Part shown: positions 37,226 to 46,413 of the stretch, one piece after another
Numbering within the stretch: position 1 is the stretch's first letter
How the letters are laid out: the number at the start of each line of letters is the position of its first letter
IMG/VR virus record: IMGVR_UViG_3300037041_001930
Reading direction: 5' to 3' (one strand)
From: a virus
Lineage: Duplodnaviria > Caudoviricetes
Length of the DNA: 64,000 bases
Notes under the pieces: generated by a model
What the model was told of the DNA's origin: nothing
Seen by the model: only the letters and a program-made list of their open reading frames with translations
Databases searched by the model: none
Position numbers and translations under genes: made by a program

Positions 37226-37743
37226 GTCTGGGACTCCTTTTTATCTGGCAGTATTACCTCGAGGAACTCACTGGGGTTCTGTCTGGCGTGCTCCAATGCC
37301 ACCATCTCCTCAAGTGCTGGCTTCAGGGCGATCTTCTCGAACATGGCATCGAAATCATTTTCAACCCCAGCCTTGATCTCATCGAGGACAGGCTTGGTGC
37401 CCTGTGGGCAGGAACCCATGTTACCCCTGGCCAGCGCAAGTGCGGTGTCGATGCCTGGTCTGTGGTCGAAGTGATCCATGACCTTACTGTAATGCCACCC
37501 GATTGGCATCTCAACCATCAACCACTGGAGATCCTCCAGTGACATCTCCCCAAGGCTCTCGATGATGGCGTTGAATGGGTCCGGGTTCTTCACGGTAGCC
37601 ATGAGACCCGTGTACCAGGGGTTCTCGCGAAGCCCGATGAGATGGGGGTTCCCCTGAACGCTCCAGTTCAGGGCCCCCAGGAAATAGTCTTGATCGTATT
37701 GTGCTTTATTGGCCTTGTAGGCCTCGACTAAATGGTGACCCAT
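37201..37743 (-). CDS. Tandem family B member 3 (C-terminally extended)
   Basis: HHLVEAYKANKAQYDQDYFL...DPF...LEDLQWL; SD GGAGG. Confidence 0.75.
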   Translation of the reverse strand: MGHHLVEAYKANKAQYDQDYFLGALNWSVQGNPHLIGLRENPWYTGLMATVKNPDPFNAIIESLGEMSLEDLQWLMVEMPIGWHYSKVMDHFDHRPGIDTALALARGNMGSCPQGTKPVLDEIKAGVENDFDAMFEKIALKPALEEMVALEHARQNPSEFLEVILPDKKESQTCPSSTTP

Positions 37744-37774
37744 GTGTGGTCCTCCGTTGTCATGTCTTGGTATG

Positions 37775-38191
37775 TTATCCCGTGCTAGATGCCACTGAGT
37801 CCCTGGGTTCGGGTTCCACCCAGGTCGAATTGTGAACCGAGTAGACGCGACGCGCGTACTCCTTTTCAGGAGGAGTCATGGCGTCGTGCATGGCCATGGC
37901 GAGATCCTGGACTCGCCGGCGCAGCTTGCAGGTCGGCAGGAAGATCTCGAGCCAGCGGAGATCCGAGTATCCCAGGGTGTCCACGACGGCCTCGATATCC
38001 GCGAAGGGTTCTCGGGTGGTCACCGTGGCCATGAGAGCCCGGAACTCAGGGCGCTCCAGGAGTTCTCCGCATTCCCCAAAGGAACACGTCTTCATGCCCT
38101 GCTCAATGAAGACCAGGGCGTTGTCGGCGTCGTAGCGCGCTTTATTGATCTTGTAGGCCTGCACCGAGGGGTGTGTGTGGGGTGTGGTCAT
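37775..38191 (-). CDS. Tandem family B member 2
   Basis: Start MTTPHTHPSVQAYKINKARYD...PEFRALM...EPF...YSDLRWL. Confidence 0.75.
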   Translation of the reverse strand: MTTPHTHPSVQAYKINKARYDADNALVFIEQGMKTCSFGECGELLERPEFRALMATVTTREPFADIEAVVDTLGYSDLRWLEIFLPTCKLRRRVQDLAMAMHDAMTPPEKEYARRVYSVHNSTWVEPEPRDSVASSTG

Positions 38192-38258
38192 AGGGTTGTT
38201 TTCCTTCTGGGAGTTGGATTCCCCAGGCTCCCCGTGATCTCGGCGTCGGATTGGCATG

Positions 38259-38594
38259 TCATCTCCACCACCCCCCGTATGCACTCCAGATCTCCTTGTT
38301 ACGGGAGATCACGGGTGCATACGCCGGGGATGTAATGGGAAGATTCTTCTCCAACCAGTTGAGATCATAGAGATCGAGCTCGGGTATCGCGTCAACAATG
38401 GCCTTGAAGGGATCAGGGTTCACCTGGGTCTTCATGAGGCCCTGGAACTCAGGGGTCCCCAGGACCCCCTGGAGTTCCCCCATCTGGGATTCCACCGAAG
38501 TCGAATCCCTGATGAAGTTCAGATAGTTGTCGGTGTCGTACTGGGCCTTGTTAGCCTTGTAGGCCGCGACTGCGGGGTGGTCGACTTTACTCAT
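38259..38594 (-). CDS. Tandem family B member 1
   Basis: Start MSKVDHPAVAAYKANKAQYDTDNYL...PEFQGLM...DPF...LYDLNWL; ATGA overlap with the DHH gene. Confidence 0.75.
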   Translation of the reverse strand: MSKVDHPAVAAYKANKAQYDTDNYLNFIRDSTSVESQMGELQGVLGTPEFQGLMKTQVNPDPFKAIVDAIPELDLYDLNWLEKNLPITSPAYAPVISRNKEIWSAYGGWWR

Positions 38595-39634
38595 CCCTGG
38601 GCTCCAAGGACCCCGAGGTGCTCGGAGCCCTGGATCGAGGCCTTCATTTGCTCCACCGTGGGGGTGCCATCTCGTCTCATGGAGAGCTGGGAGTCCTGCA
38701 GGGGCAGGGTGAACCCCGCGGCACTGGGGTGCCCATTGCCACCCCATTTCCGAGCTATGGCGGAGACATCGACACCTCCCTTACGGGAGCGCAGACTGAA
38801 TATCTTGGTCTCGTTCAATACCCGGTACATCACGGCGACGTCGATCCCGGGATCCCCGAGGAGTAAAGCGTTCCCGATCTCGGAGACCAGAGTCGTCGCG
38901 TTGACAACCCCGACGCGGTACCCAAACATGTCAGTCTTGACGGCCTCGTAGACATGACGCGAGATCACGCCGGCCTCATACTTCAAGATGGCCTCGCCGA
39001 CATCATAGAACTCATCGGGGCCCCTCCGATACTCATTCAGGGCCTCCAGGAAGCCCTGAGGAGTCATCGGGAACAACATGAGGTGCGCCGTCGCCGCCTT
39101 GGTCTGGGGATCCCTGAAGCGCCAGAGATCCCGATCCCCGATGTGGGCGACGAGACGCCGCGCACACGAGAAGACATGCGTGGAGCCCTCCCAGGAGGGG
39201 CTACCCAGCGGGGTGGCATCCTTGACCTCAAAGAACTCTTGTATGCAGAGCTCGGCACCACTGAAATCAGAGTTGAATCGGGTGAATAGATTATCCCAAC
39301 ATGGATCCCCCTTGAGACCCAAAAGGGAGGTCATGGCATCGACGTGGTGATCAATGATGAAAACCTTGCTGGCGACACCGGCTATCTCGGCCAGCGAGGC
39401 ACGATCACATGTAAAGTCGACCAAATAGACCTCACGGGGCTTCATCGCCTTGATCTCGGCAACAATATCGGCGAGCCCCTTGGGGTCATTGTACGCGCAC
39501 CCCCGGGTCTCCGGGGTCTTAAATGGAGTCCCCTTGGGGTGCTCCAAACAATGACGCTCAAATAAACCCTGAGAGGTCACCGCGGCAGCGGCAGCACCGT
39601 CCCAGCAATTCGCGTGGTAGATAATAAATTGCAT
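38591..39634 (-). CDS. DHH/DHHA1 family phosphoesterase (NrnA/NrnB-like)
   Basis: IIYHANCWDG, VYLVDF, IIDHH, SGAEL, DRDLWRF, FSLRS...DVSAIARKWGGNGHPSAAGF. Confidence 0.92.
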   Translation of the reverse strand: MQFIIYHANCWDGAAAAAVTSQGLFERHCLEHPKGTPFKTPETRGCAYNDPKGLADIVAEIKAMKPREVYLVDFTCDRASLAEIAGVASKVFIIDHHVDAMTSLLGLKGDPCWDNLFTRFNSDFSGAELCIQEFFEVKDATPLGSPSWEGSTHVFSCARRLVAHIGDRDLWRFRDPQTKAATAHLMLFPMTPQGFLEALNEYRRGPDEFYDVGEAILKYEAGVISRHVYEAVKTDMFGYRVGVVNATTLVSEIGNALLLGDPGIDVAVMYRVLNETKIFSLRSRKGGVDVSAIARKWGGNGHPSAAGFTLPLQDSQLSMRRDGTPTVEQMKASIQGSEHLGVLGAQG

Positions 39635-39666
39635 GGAGATCTCCTCGGGCATCATGTGCCCTGGCA

Positions 39667-40086
39667 TCACTTGGGTTTCTCGGCACTGGGGTCAATCTTT
39701 TTTTCCAGCGACATCAAGGTGACGATGTCGAGTTCGTGGAGGCTGCAGCCATAGTAGGTGACCCCGGTGCCTATGATGCCCCTGGAGTATGCAAACGATA
39801 TGGAGTCCACCTTGGCGTTCAAAGGAATCATGTGATAGCTCTCATTTAAGTACGCACACATATACATGATACCTTTGAGATCAATCCAGATCTGGCCGTG
39901 CTCCGGCTTGGGTTGCTCATGGGCGAGTTCCCGTCGATCCGCGGCATGGGCTTCCTCCATCTGCTGGAGATGGTACTTCGAGGTCGCCACGCGATCTCGG
40001 AGTCCTTTGAGATGGGCGACGCGTTCTGCAGGGGTGCCCTGGAATCTCGAGTGCACCCCTGCGCTTTCTGTGGTCATATCAGGCAT
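39667..40086 (-). CDS. Coiled-coil + GQ(I/V)W SH3-like module protein
   Basis: Helix followed by PKPEHGQIWIDLKGIMY. Confidence 0.65.
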   Translation of the reverse strand: MPDMTTESAGVHSRFQGTPAERVAHLKGLRDRVATSKYHLQQMEEAHAADRRELAHEQPKPEHGQIWIDLKGIMYMCAYLNESYHMIPLNAKVDSISFAYSRGIIGTGVTYYGCSLHELDIVTLMSLEKKIDPSAEKPK

Positions 40087-40108
40087 GTGGTTTCCTTGTT
40101 CTCAAGGG

Positions 40109-40846
40109 TTATGTGTTCTTGGTGTACTTGGCCTTGATCTTCGCCATGGTCTTCAGGGACTTGATGGCAGCGGTGTACTCGTCGTGGTATTGGGTACCCG
40201 GCTTGTACGTGGAGTCCACCCTGCGCTTGAACTCCGCCATGGTACCCATCCAGCAATCCGACCAGACGACATCCCGGGTGGCATTCCATGTCACCATGTC
40301 GCGTCGATCCCCTATCTGGGTAGTCGAGACCACGATGTCGTCGAGGATGGCCTCGCTGAAATCAACACCGGTGAAATCAGCGAAACTGGTGGAGGTCTCC
40401 CAGCTGCCGATGTCGGACTTGATGAGATAGGCACGGCGAAGGCATGCCCACTTCAGTGAAGCCCCGGACAGCTTGGTCTGGTCGAGCATGGCACCCGTGA
40501 GATTAGCCCTGTTTAGAACTGCCCGACGGAGGTCAGCACCGGTGAGAGTCGCCCCGGCTAAATCTGCGTCGCTGAGATACGCGTTCATGAGCCTGGTGCC
40601 CCGGAGCCCCGCATTACTCAGGTCAGCGCCTTCTAAGCTGGCGCCCTCCAGATTTGCACGATTCAAGTTGATGCCTGGCATAAAAGCCTTGTACAAATTG
40701 GCACCTCGGAGATCGGCTCCACTGAGGGAACACCCGACGAGACTGGTTTCACTGAGGACCGCACGTTCCCCTTTGGTGGTGTGACCCAGCCATCGTGCAT
40801 GGGAACTCAACACTTTATCCAAGTATTCCTGCGATATCGTTTTCAT
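40109..40846 (-). CDS. Pentapeptide-repeat protein
   Basis: Long A(D/N)LxxA repeats: GADLRGANLYKA...ANLEGASLEGADLSNAGLRG. Confidence 0.92.
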   Translation of the reverse strand: MKTISQEYLDKVLSSHARWLGHTTKGERAVLSETSLVGCSLSGADLRGANLYKAFMPGINLNRANLEGASLEGADLSNAGLRGTRLMNAYLSDADLAGATLTGADLRRAVLNRANLTGAMLDQTKLSGASLKWACLRRAYLIKSDIGSWETSTSFADFTGVDFSEAILDDIVVSTTQIGDRRDMVTWNATRDVVWSDCWMGTMAEFKRRVDSTYKPGTQYHDEYTAAIKSLKTMAKIKAKYTKNT

Positions 40847-40849
40847 GAC

Positions 40850-41389
40850 CTACCCCTTCTTGGGTTTCTGAGTATTCTCGGCATCACGCTGGCGGGACAT
40901 CGCGATGTATGCAGCGGTAACCGCATCGATCTTCTTCTTGATGTATCGTAGAATGAGATCCCGGTTCTTCGGCTTGGTACGCAACCATGCCGACCAGGGC
41001 CGGGCTCCACCCATGCCGTCTGCGAACCTGCATACCGATGCCTCGGTGAGGTCATTCATGATCTGTCTCCCGGTCTCATTCATGGCCTCGGTGACCTCGA
41101 CGTCACCTCCGGGGTTCGGCTTCGCGGCCCCCGGGTGGGACTTCTGAGCACGTGAGATCGCGATAAACGTCGCGATGGCCTGTTTCATCTTGTAAGTGAC
41201 CACTGCGATGACGAGATCCCGATTCGGAGTCTTCTTCACCTTACGGGTCCAGCTCGAGTTCCCCTGAGTGCCCCCCATTAGGTTGATATGCCGAACCATG
41301 CGGGCATCCTCGAGGTCGGCAAGAAAAGCGTCCGAGGCTTTAATCATGGTGTCAGTGATTTCAACATCTGGTTTTCGTGGTTTCCCCAT
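40850..41389 (-). CDS. Hypothetical protein with an internal tandem duplication
   Basis: Two ~75-aa repeats starting DVEITDTM and DVEVTEAM, both containing MGG...NRDL. Confidence 0.7.
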   Translation of the reverse strand: MGKPRKPDVEITDTMIKASDAFLADLEDARMVRHINLMGGTQGNSSWTRKVKKTPNRDLVIAVVTYKMKQAIATFIAISRAQKSHPGAAKPNPGGDVEVTEAMNETGRQIMNDLTEASVCRFADGMGGARPWSAWLRTKPKNRDLILRYIKKKIDAVTAAYIAMSRQRDAENTQKPKKG

Positions 41390-41406
41390 GGGGACCCCCT
41401 TCTTGG

Positions 41407-42696
41407 TTATTTGATGAAGCCTTGGTTCACGGCATCGGCGACACTGCCGATGTACGCGAAAGACTTCTTGATGGAGTCGACATGTGCGCTTCTCCCCTGG
41501 ATGCAGCCGTGGTCGGCGCGACCCGTGGGCATCAGGGCATGGAGCACGATGTTGCGATTCGTGATCGCCGTGATCATGTAACAGATCCCGGCTTGAATCC
41601 AGACCTGGTTGATGTCTGCCTTCAGGGGACCCCCGGAGGTCATACAGTCCAGGAGTCTGGTCTTGATCTTCTCGAGATCATGAAGCGCGGCTTCGGCGAC
41701 GATGGCACTGGGGTATGCGGTACCTATGCGCCCCGCGATCTGTGAGATGAGTTCGAGATCAGTGGGCAGCTTGGTGAACTCGGGATCCTCGAGATCGGGT
41801 ATGGTGGTCTTGGCGACACAGTTGGGGTTGCCTACCCCAACACCGCATTTGGTGTAACATGGCTGGTTGATGATAGACCCCGGGAAACCCCCGAGCTGAG
41901 CGGTCGCCGGAGGTGCCGCAGGGGCATGTGCCATCGGGATCACCTTGGCAGCAATGGATACGAACAGAGTGCGATCTGGGCCTTCGGGATCCCCGAGATG
42001 CTCGATACACGCGGCGGCATAGCACTCGAACTTACCCTCGAACAAGCACTCCCTCTGGCTAATGATCTGGATGTCACGATCAATGAAGTGTTCCCGATTG
42101 ACACCCTGGGGGCTCCGCGTGACCACCTTGAGTTCGTAGCGCTTGGTATCCTTGCTGTACTTGAAGTCAGCGATCTCAATGGGGTACTCGTTGAACCCCT
42201 TGGTACGCAGGATCAGCTTGCGGTCCTTGTGGAGCTCCGGGGGCAGCTCGGTGACCTCTGGCTCCACCAGAGTTTTCGGAGTCTCGATACCCTTCAGACC
42301 CGGAAACATGTCCTGAAGGAACTCGGGCCCAGGGGTAATCCCATCCCCTGCGAAGAAACTCACTCGGAGCTTCGAGAAATCATCCATGTTTCCGTTGTCG
42401 TCCCCGATGAATCGCATCGGCCAGGCAAATAGCTGTGGAAATACACGCGCACCCACGGCTGTGATCCTGGGGTCTCCTATCAAGACATCGTCGCCTACCC
42501 CGGGGATCACTGACAAACCATCGGGGTCCTCGATATCCAGGGTGAACACGTATTCACGGCGTACCGGGCTCCATATCGGGCTCCTGATCTTTGCCTTGAA
42601 CCCATGAGTCGCCATCAACCAGCATTTTACCTCCAGTGCGAGTCTCCCCGCACTGAATGCCTTGGCAGCCTCGGTAACTAATTTTTCTTCTGACAT
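41407..42696 (-). CDS. Hypothetical protein with C-terminal (G/N)QVW module
   Basis: 429 aa, ends LKADINQVWIQAG...FAYIGSVADAVNQGFIK. Confidence 0.7.
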   Translation of the reverse strand: MSEEKLVTEAAKAFSAGRLALEVKCWLMATHGFKAKIRSPIWSPVRREYVFTLDIEDPDGLSVIPGVGDDVLIGDPRITAVGARVFPQLFAWPMRFIGDDNGNMDDFSKLRVSFFAGDGITPGPEFLQDMFPGLKGIETPKTLVEPEVTELPPELHKDRKLILRTKGFNEYPIEIADFKYSKDTKRYELKVVTRSPQGVNREHFIDRDIQIISQRECLFEGKFECYAAACIEHLGDPEGPDRTLFVSIAAKVIPMAHAPAAPPATAQLGGFPGSIINQPCYTKCGVGVGNPNCVAKTTIPDLEDPEFTKLPTDLELISQIAGRIGTAYPSAIVAEAALHDLEKIKTRLLDCMTSGGPLKADINQVWIQAGICYMITAITNRNIVLHALMPTGRADHGCIQGRSAHVDSIKKSFAYIGSVADAVNQGFIK

Positions 42697-42720
42697 CTCG
42701 TGTCTCCTCGATGTAAGTGG

Positions 42721-43410
42721 TTATGGTAATACCAGGCCGTCCTGGACGAACCCATAGGTCGCCAGGAACTCAGCCATGGGGACTTCTTGGATCAGGCCCC
42801 CCTCGGCCTCAAATTGCTTCTTGACATCAACTCGCATCAACTTTACGGTTGATGTGCAGTACACACTGATCACGGAGTGGTAGCCGTCATGACAGTGCAC
42901 CCAGAGACCGCCAACCTTAACCGGCTTTGGGTTAATAGCGTATAGCTTTGCCCTGGCATTGGTGAGGCGTTCATGTGTCTCCACCCTCGCCTTATGTGCG
43001 GTGACAGCTTTGATCTCCTTGAAGAACTCGAGATCCCTCTTGGCGTAATACTGAAGCAAGGATGCCCCCAATGGGGTGCCCAGGTGGCCCAGGTACACGA
43101 ATCGCGTGTAGACCGCGTGCCCTGGGAAATCATCGAGGACTCCCTGGTCCACTCCAGCCCCGCTCGTCGGGGTGACAGGGTACAACCGAAACTTGCAAGG
43201 CGAGGCTTTTCTCTCCAGCACGTACAAGGTGTAGTCATCGGGGTCCAGGACCAAGGCCCCATTGGTGTAGTATTCCTCCCCTACCGTTTTTGGTGCCGCG
43301 CGCAGAGCGGCTTGGTAATGGGTATCCCGATCACCAACGGCCCATACGGCAGCCATGATGCTCTCCCGCGTGATCGCTGCCTCATCGGGAGTCTCATTGG
43401 ATTTAGACAT
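42721..43410 (-). CDS. Hypothetical protein with GxxW module
   Basis: 229 aa, helix followed by PVKVGGLWVH. Confidence 0.65.
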   Translation of the reverse strand: MSKSNETPDEAAITRESIMAAVWAVGDRDTHYQAALRAAPKTVGEEYYTNGALVLDPDDYTLYVLERKASPCKFRLYPVTPTSGAGVDQGVLDDFPGHAVYTRFVYLGHLGTPLGASLLQYYAKRDLEFFKEIKAVTAHKARVETHERLTNARAKLYAINPKPVKVGGLWVHCHDGYHSVISVYCTSTVKLMRVDVKKQFEAEGGLIQEVPMAEFLATYGFVQDGLVLP

Positions 43411-43411
43411 C

Positions 43412-43888
43412 TTACCCCCCTTTCGGGTTCTTGGATTTTAAGAAACCGGAATCGATGGCATCCGCGATACCCCCGATATAGAAGAAATTGCGTCGGAGGT
43501 CCACAGAGTCGACCTTGGTCTCGGCATCCCCGGGGACCCCTGGCATCAGGGGTAACAGGGAGACGTGGTCCTCGGCGCATCGACTCACAATGCAGGGTAC
43601 CCCGTGGTGCAGCCAGACCTGAGCGACTTCGACCTTCAATGGGTTCTCCTCATTGAAGCGCTGCACGATTCTCCTGCGGAGATTATCGATGTCCTCGGCC
43701 AAGTGGGCGAGTTCGGAGAGCAGGGTGTCCTCATAGGCCCGGGCACCCATGACAGCGCCAATAGCCCCACTCAAGTTATCAATGAGTTCTTCGTTGTTGA
43801 AGGGGCGGGCTTGTCGAGGGAATCTGGTGTCAGTTGCCAGGGCTTCTGCGAGTTTATTCGCCAACCCTTGCTTTGTATGTGATTTCAT
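43412..43888 (-). CDS. Coiled-coil + xQVW module protein
   Basis: LKVEVAQVWLHHG...FFYIGGIADAIDSGFLK, closely similar to the C-terminus of 41407-42696. Confidence 0.7.
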   Translation of the reverse strand: MKSHTKQGLANKLAEALATDTRFPRQARPFNNEELIDNLSGAIGAVMGARAYEDTLLSELAHLAEDIDNLRRRIVQRFNEENPLKVEVAQVWLHHGVPCIVSRCAEDHVSLLPLMPGVPGDAETKVDSVDLRRNFFYIGGIADAIDSGFLKSKNPKGG

Positions 43889-43890
43889 TT

Positions 43891-44205
43891 TTACCTCCGT
43901 GGGGTAGCCCCAATGGGGATGATGATGTCCATGGTGCCCGCGTACAGGAACTCCCTGCGGAGGCCCTGGGGTACCGCGGAGAGCTCAAGTGTCTTCGCTT
44001 TCAGGGGGACCATGAAGAGACCAGAATTTCCGATGTTCAAGTAGGGTGCACGTGCGGGGTCCACGATGACATGGGCCTTGAGCCCGTCACCAACCCAGAT
44101 CTGCCCATGCTTGATTTCCTCGGGGTTGATACGCTCGAGCTGATCCCCGGTGATCTCGAACCCGAAACCACGGGGTTCGAGGGGTTCTTTCTTTTTCTTA
44201 GCCAT
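43891..44205 (-). CDS. GQIW module protein
   Basis: Start MAKKKK behind SD AGGAGG; EEIKHGQIWVGDG...FLYAG. Confidence 0.65.
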   Translation of the reverse strand: MAKKKKEPLEPRGFGFEITGDQLERINPEEIKHGQIWVGDGLKAHVIVDPARAPYLNIGNSGLFMVPLKAKTLELSAVPQGLRREFLYAGTMDIIIPIGATPRR

Positions 44206-44227
44206 TGCTGGCCTCCTGTTATCCGAG

Positions 44228-44527
44228 TTATTTGTAATTCGAGAGGCGCTTCCAGCCGACCTGGGCGGGGCCCCATCCCTTGGTGCCCCCTCCCATTTCA
44301 GCAGGGCACCTCGAGGCGTCGACCAGGAGCTCCTCATCGAGGTGCTCCGCTGAGTTGAACTTGTAGAGCCAGTAACCAGCAGCCCACCCCCTCCCCGCAG
44401 GTTTCACGGCGATGAGGCATCTGGTGTTCTCTGGCAGGGCTAGATAGACGTCCCCCAGGCGCCCATAGGGGACCTGGTTACGCTCGAATATCGGAGCCTT
44501 GATTTTACGTGGCGGTGGAAATGGCAT
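44228..44527 (-). CDS. Hypothetical protein
   Basis: Start MPFPPP behind SD GGAGG. Confidence 0.6.
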   Translation of the reverse strand: MPFPPPRKIKAPIFERNQVPYGRLGDVYLALPENTRCLIAVKPAGRGWAAGYWLYKFNSAEHLDEELLVDASRCPAEMGGGTKGWGPAQVGWKRLSNYK

Positions 44528-44540
44528 CTTTGGCCTCCCA

Positions 44541-45113
44541 TTACGTGGGTTTATTGTGCTTTCTGCTGAACATGTTCTCGAACAGTCTCCATTCTTCTTC
44601 ACTGGCCTTCATCAAGGCGTCCTCACACTTATCTATTCTCCGCATCAACTTGGCGAATGAGTTGGCCTTTACATCGATGTCCCAGTCCACTCCGGGTTCA
44701 CCGGCATGACTTGAGTACGGCACACATTTAACAAAGGCGTCATAATTAGTGATGCCTTTGTATCCAGCCTGTATCGCCAACTCATTTGCCTTCTCGTAGT
44801 CTCCACCGGCCTGCTTCAAGAACTCCTTGGCCTCCTCGTAGTCGTCATCGAGCAGGCCCACGGTGTCCATGAGGGAACTGGGTTCGTCCCATTCTTCCCA
44901 TACCGCACCTGTGGCCACCCACATACTAGGAGATATGCGTTTAATTGTGACTTCCAGGAATCGGATCTCTTTGCGTGGGCCTGAATATATTGTCATCTCC
45001 TCGCCGGGTTTGAGTGCCTTTATCTGGGAATACACGCCGGGGGCATAGTCCTCCCAGTGGCCTTCACATGTTGACCAGCAGCCCCATTTCAAATCTACGT
45101 TTATGATACTCAT
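44541..45113 (-). CDS. Hypothetical acidic protein
   Basis: 190 aa, SD AAGGAG; contains a UBA-like EAKEFLKQAGGDYEKA segment. Confidence 0.7.
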   Translation of the reverse strand: MSIINVDLKWGCWSTCEGHWEDYAPGVYSQIKALKPGEEMTIYSGPRKEIRFLEVTIKRISPSMWVATGAVWEEWDEPSSLMDTVGLLDDDYEEAKEFLKQAGGDYEKANELAIQAGYKGITNYDAFVKCVPYSSHAGEPGVDWDIDVKANSFAKLMRRIDKCEDALMKASEEEWRLFENMFSRKHNKPT

Positions 45114-45255
45114 GATTCTCTCCTTGGTGGTTGTTTCCGGGTTATGCCCCGGCCACCGTGGAGAGCTGCTTTAGTAGTGCAGCCCATTGCTCCTGATACT
45201 GCGCTCCCTTATTGGGCGTGTATGATCAGGACCCCGGCTGAGCCGGGGCGGGTAA

Positions 45256-45903
45256 TCAGTTCAGCTTGCTGCTCGCAGACATGCCCTTATGGGGTGTCGT
45301 CTTCGAGATTCCTGCACAGCTCAAGAGAACCATGCAAGCGAATTTCTCCAGGCTGTTGGCGTCTTCGCCCAGCAGCTTCTTCATTGCAATACGCTCGATG
45401 TCATTGAGGCATCCCTCAATTAAATCAAAGTCCACATACAGGTATGCAGGCTGGATCCCCAACAAACCGGTATGTGTGCATTGCGCTTTTAACCCATCCC
45501 TGAGTTGCTCCATGAGCGACAGTTGGGATTTTTCTTGTTCGAGTGTAGGTTTAGCCATTTGTGATCCCCCCTTGGTTATTTGACTGGTCTCAGGATTGCT
45601 GGGCGTACTCCATGAGTTGCCACACCCACATACGAAATGTATGGGGCCAACTCGCTTGCCGACGTGGTCAGTCTTGCCCAGCAAGGCATGGTCACCGTCG
45701 CCATCATCGATTTGGCACCGGACGCGGGCTGTCATCTCAACGAACTGAGGTCTACACCCGCACCTGGGACACTTGGGCTCACATCTCTTATCAAAGACAG
45801 GGAGTGGGATGGACTCTCTTTGTTTTTGAAGAGGGGGGCCGAAGAGCTCCTCGTAGGCTTTTTTCCTGGCAGCTATCCATGCCTGATCTTTATCTTTCCC
45901 CAT
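45256..45903 (-). CDS. Cys-rich (Zn-ribbon-like) hypothetical protein, possibly a two-gene fusion
   Basis: Start MGKDKD behind GGAGG. CPRCGC and CGCG motifs; internal SD + ATG at 45558. Confidence 0.6.
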   Translation of the reverse strand: MGKDKDQAWIAARKKAYEELFGPPLQKQRESIPLPVFDKRCEPKCPRCGCRPQFVEMTARVRCQIDDGDGDHALLGKTDHVGKRVGPIHFVCGCGNSWSTPSNPETSQITKGGSQMAKPTLEQEKSQLSLMEQLRDGLKAQCTHTGLLGIQPAYLYVDFDLIEGCLNDIERIAMKKLLGEDANSLEKFACMVLLSCAGISKTTPHKGMSASSKLN

Positions 45904-45916
45904 ACTTATTGCCTCC

Positions 45917-45949
45917 AAAATAAGGACCCAGCAGATCATGCTGGGTCCT
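45917..45949 (-). terminator. Intrinsic terminator
   Basis: AGGACCCAGCA-gatca-TGCTGGGTCCT (11-bp stem) followed on the minus strand by TATTTT. Confidence 0.7.
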
Positions 45950-46009
45950 GGTTAATCAACTCGGCTTGTTCAAGTGTGCACGTAGCCATTCATAATCCCC
46001 CTCCCTGGG

Positions 46010-46198
46010 TTATTTGAATGGTCTCAGCGTTGCTGGGATGTACTCCATGAGCACCTCGTTGCTGCACATCCCATTTGCCTTCGCGGCAGCTGGGGTTGGA
46101 AACAGTTGAGCATCCTCTGGATGTTTAACATAAGAGTGATGACTGCCACTGGGGGCGACATAACCTTTGTTGTCAGTATTCCGGACGATATAGCCCAT
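46010..46198 (-). CDS. Small hypothetical protein
   Basis: 62 aa, SD AAGGAG, TAAACATG junction. Confidence 0.55.
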   Translation of the reverse strand: MGYIVRNTDNKGYVAPSGSHHSYVKHPEDAQLFPTPAAAKANGMCSNEVLMEYIPATLRPFK

Positions 46199-46200
46199 GT

Positions 46201-46413
46201 TTACTCCTTGTCTTCTGGGAACTCTGCATTGAAGAGTTCAAGGGCTTCGTCTTGGGTGTACCCGAAGTACATCTTGGACGCCCGGGTACCCCCACGCATC
46301 GCAGAGATGAGCAGGGCCCCAGAGTGGTGGATGGTTTCGATGGAGACATCACCGATGCACGTAGATGCGTTCCCGGGTTCCTTGAGGTAAGGGCCATCAC
46401 TTGCTGTCGGCAT
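46201..46413 (-). CDS. Small hypothetical protein
   Basis: 70-aa ORF ending MYFGYTQDEALELF. Confidence 0.55.
   Translation of the reverse strand: MPTASDGPYLKEPGNASTCIGDVSIETIHHSGALLISAMRGGTRASKMYFGYTQDEALELFNAEFPEDKE

Noticed and set aside
44541-45113. UBA-like EAKEFLKQAGGDYEKA segment as an EF-Ts or NAC homologue
   Set aside because: The similarity is limited to about 20 residues; the rest of the protein does not resemble either family.
45114-45255. 25-codon ORF MGCTTKAALHGG... behind AGGAG
   Set aside because: Too short, with no supporting motif; it cannot be separated from chance without ribosome data.
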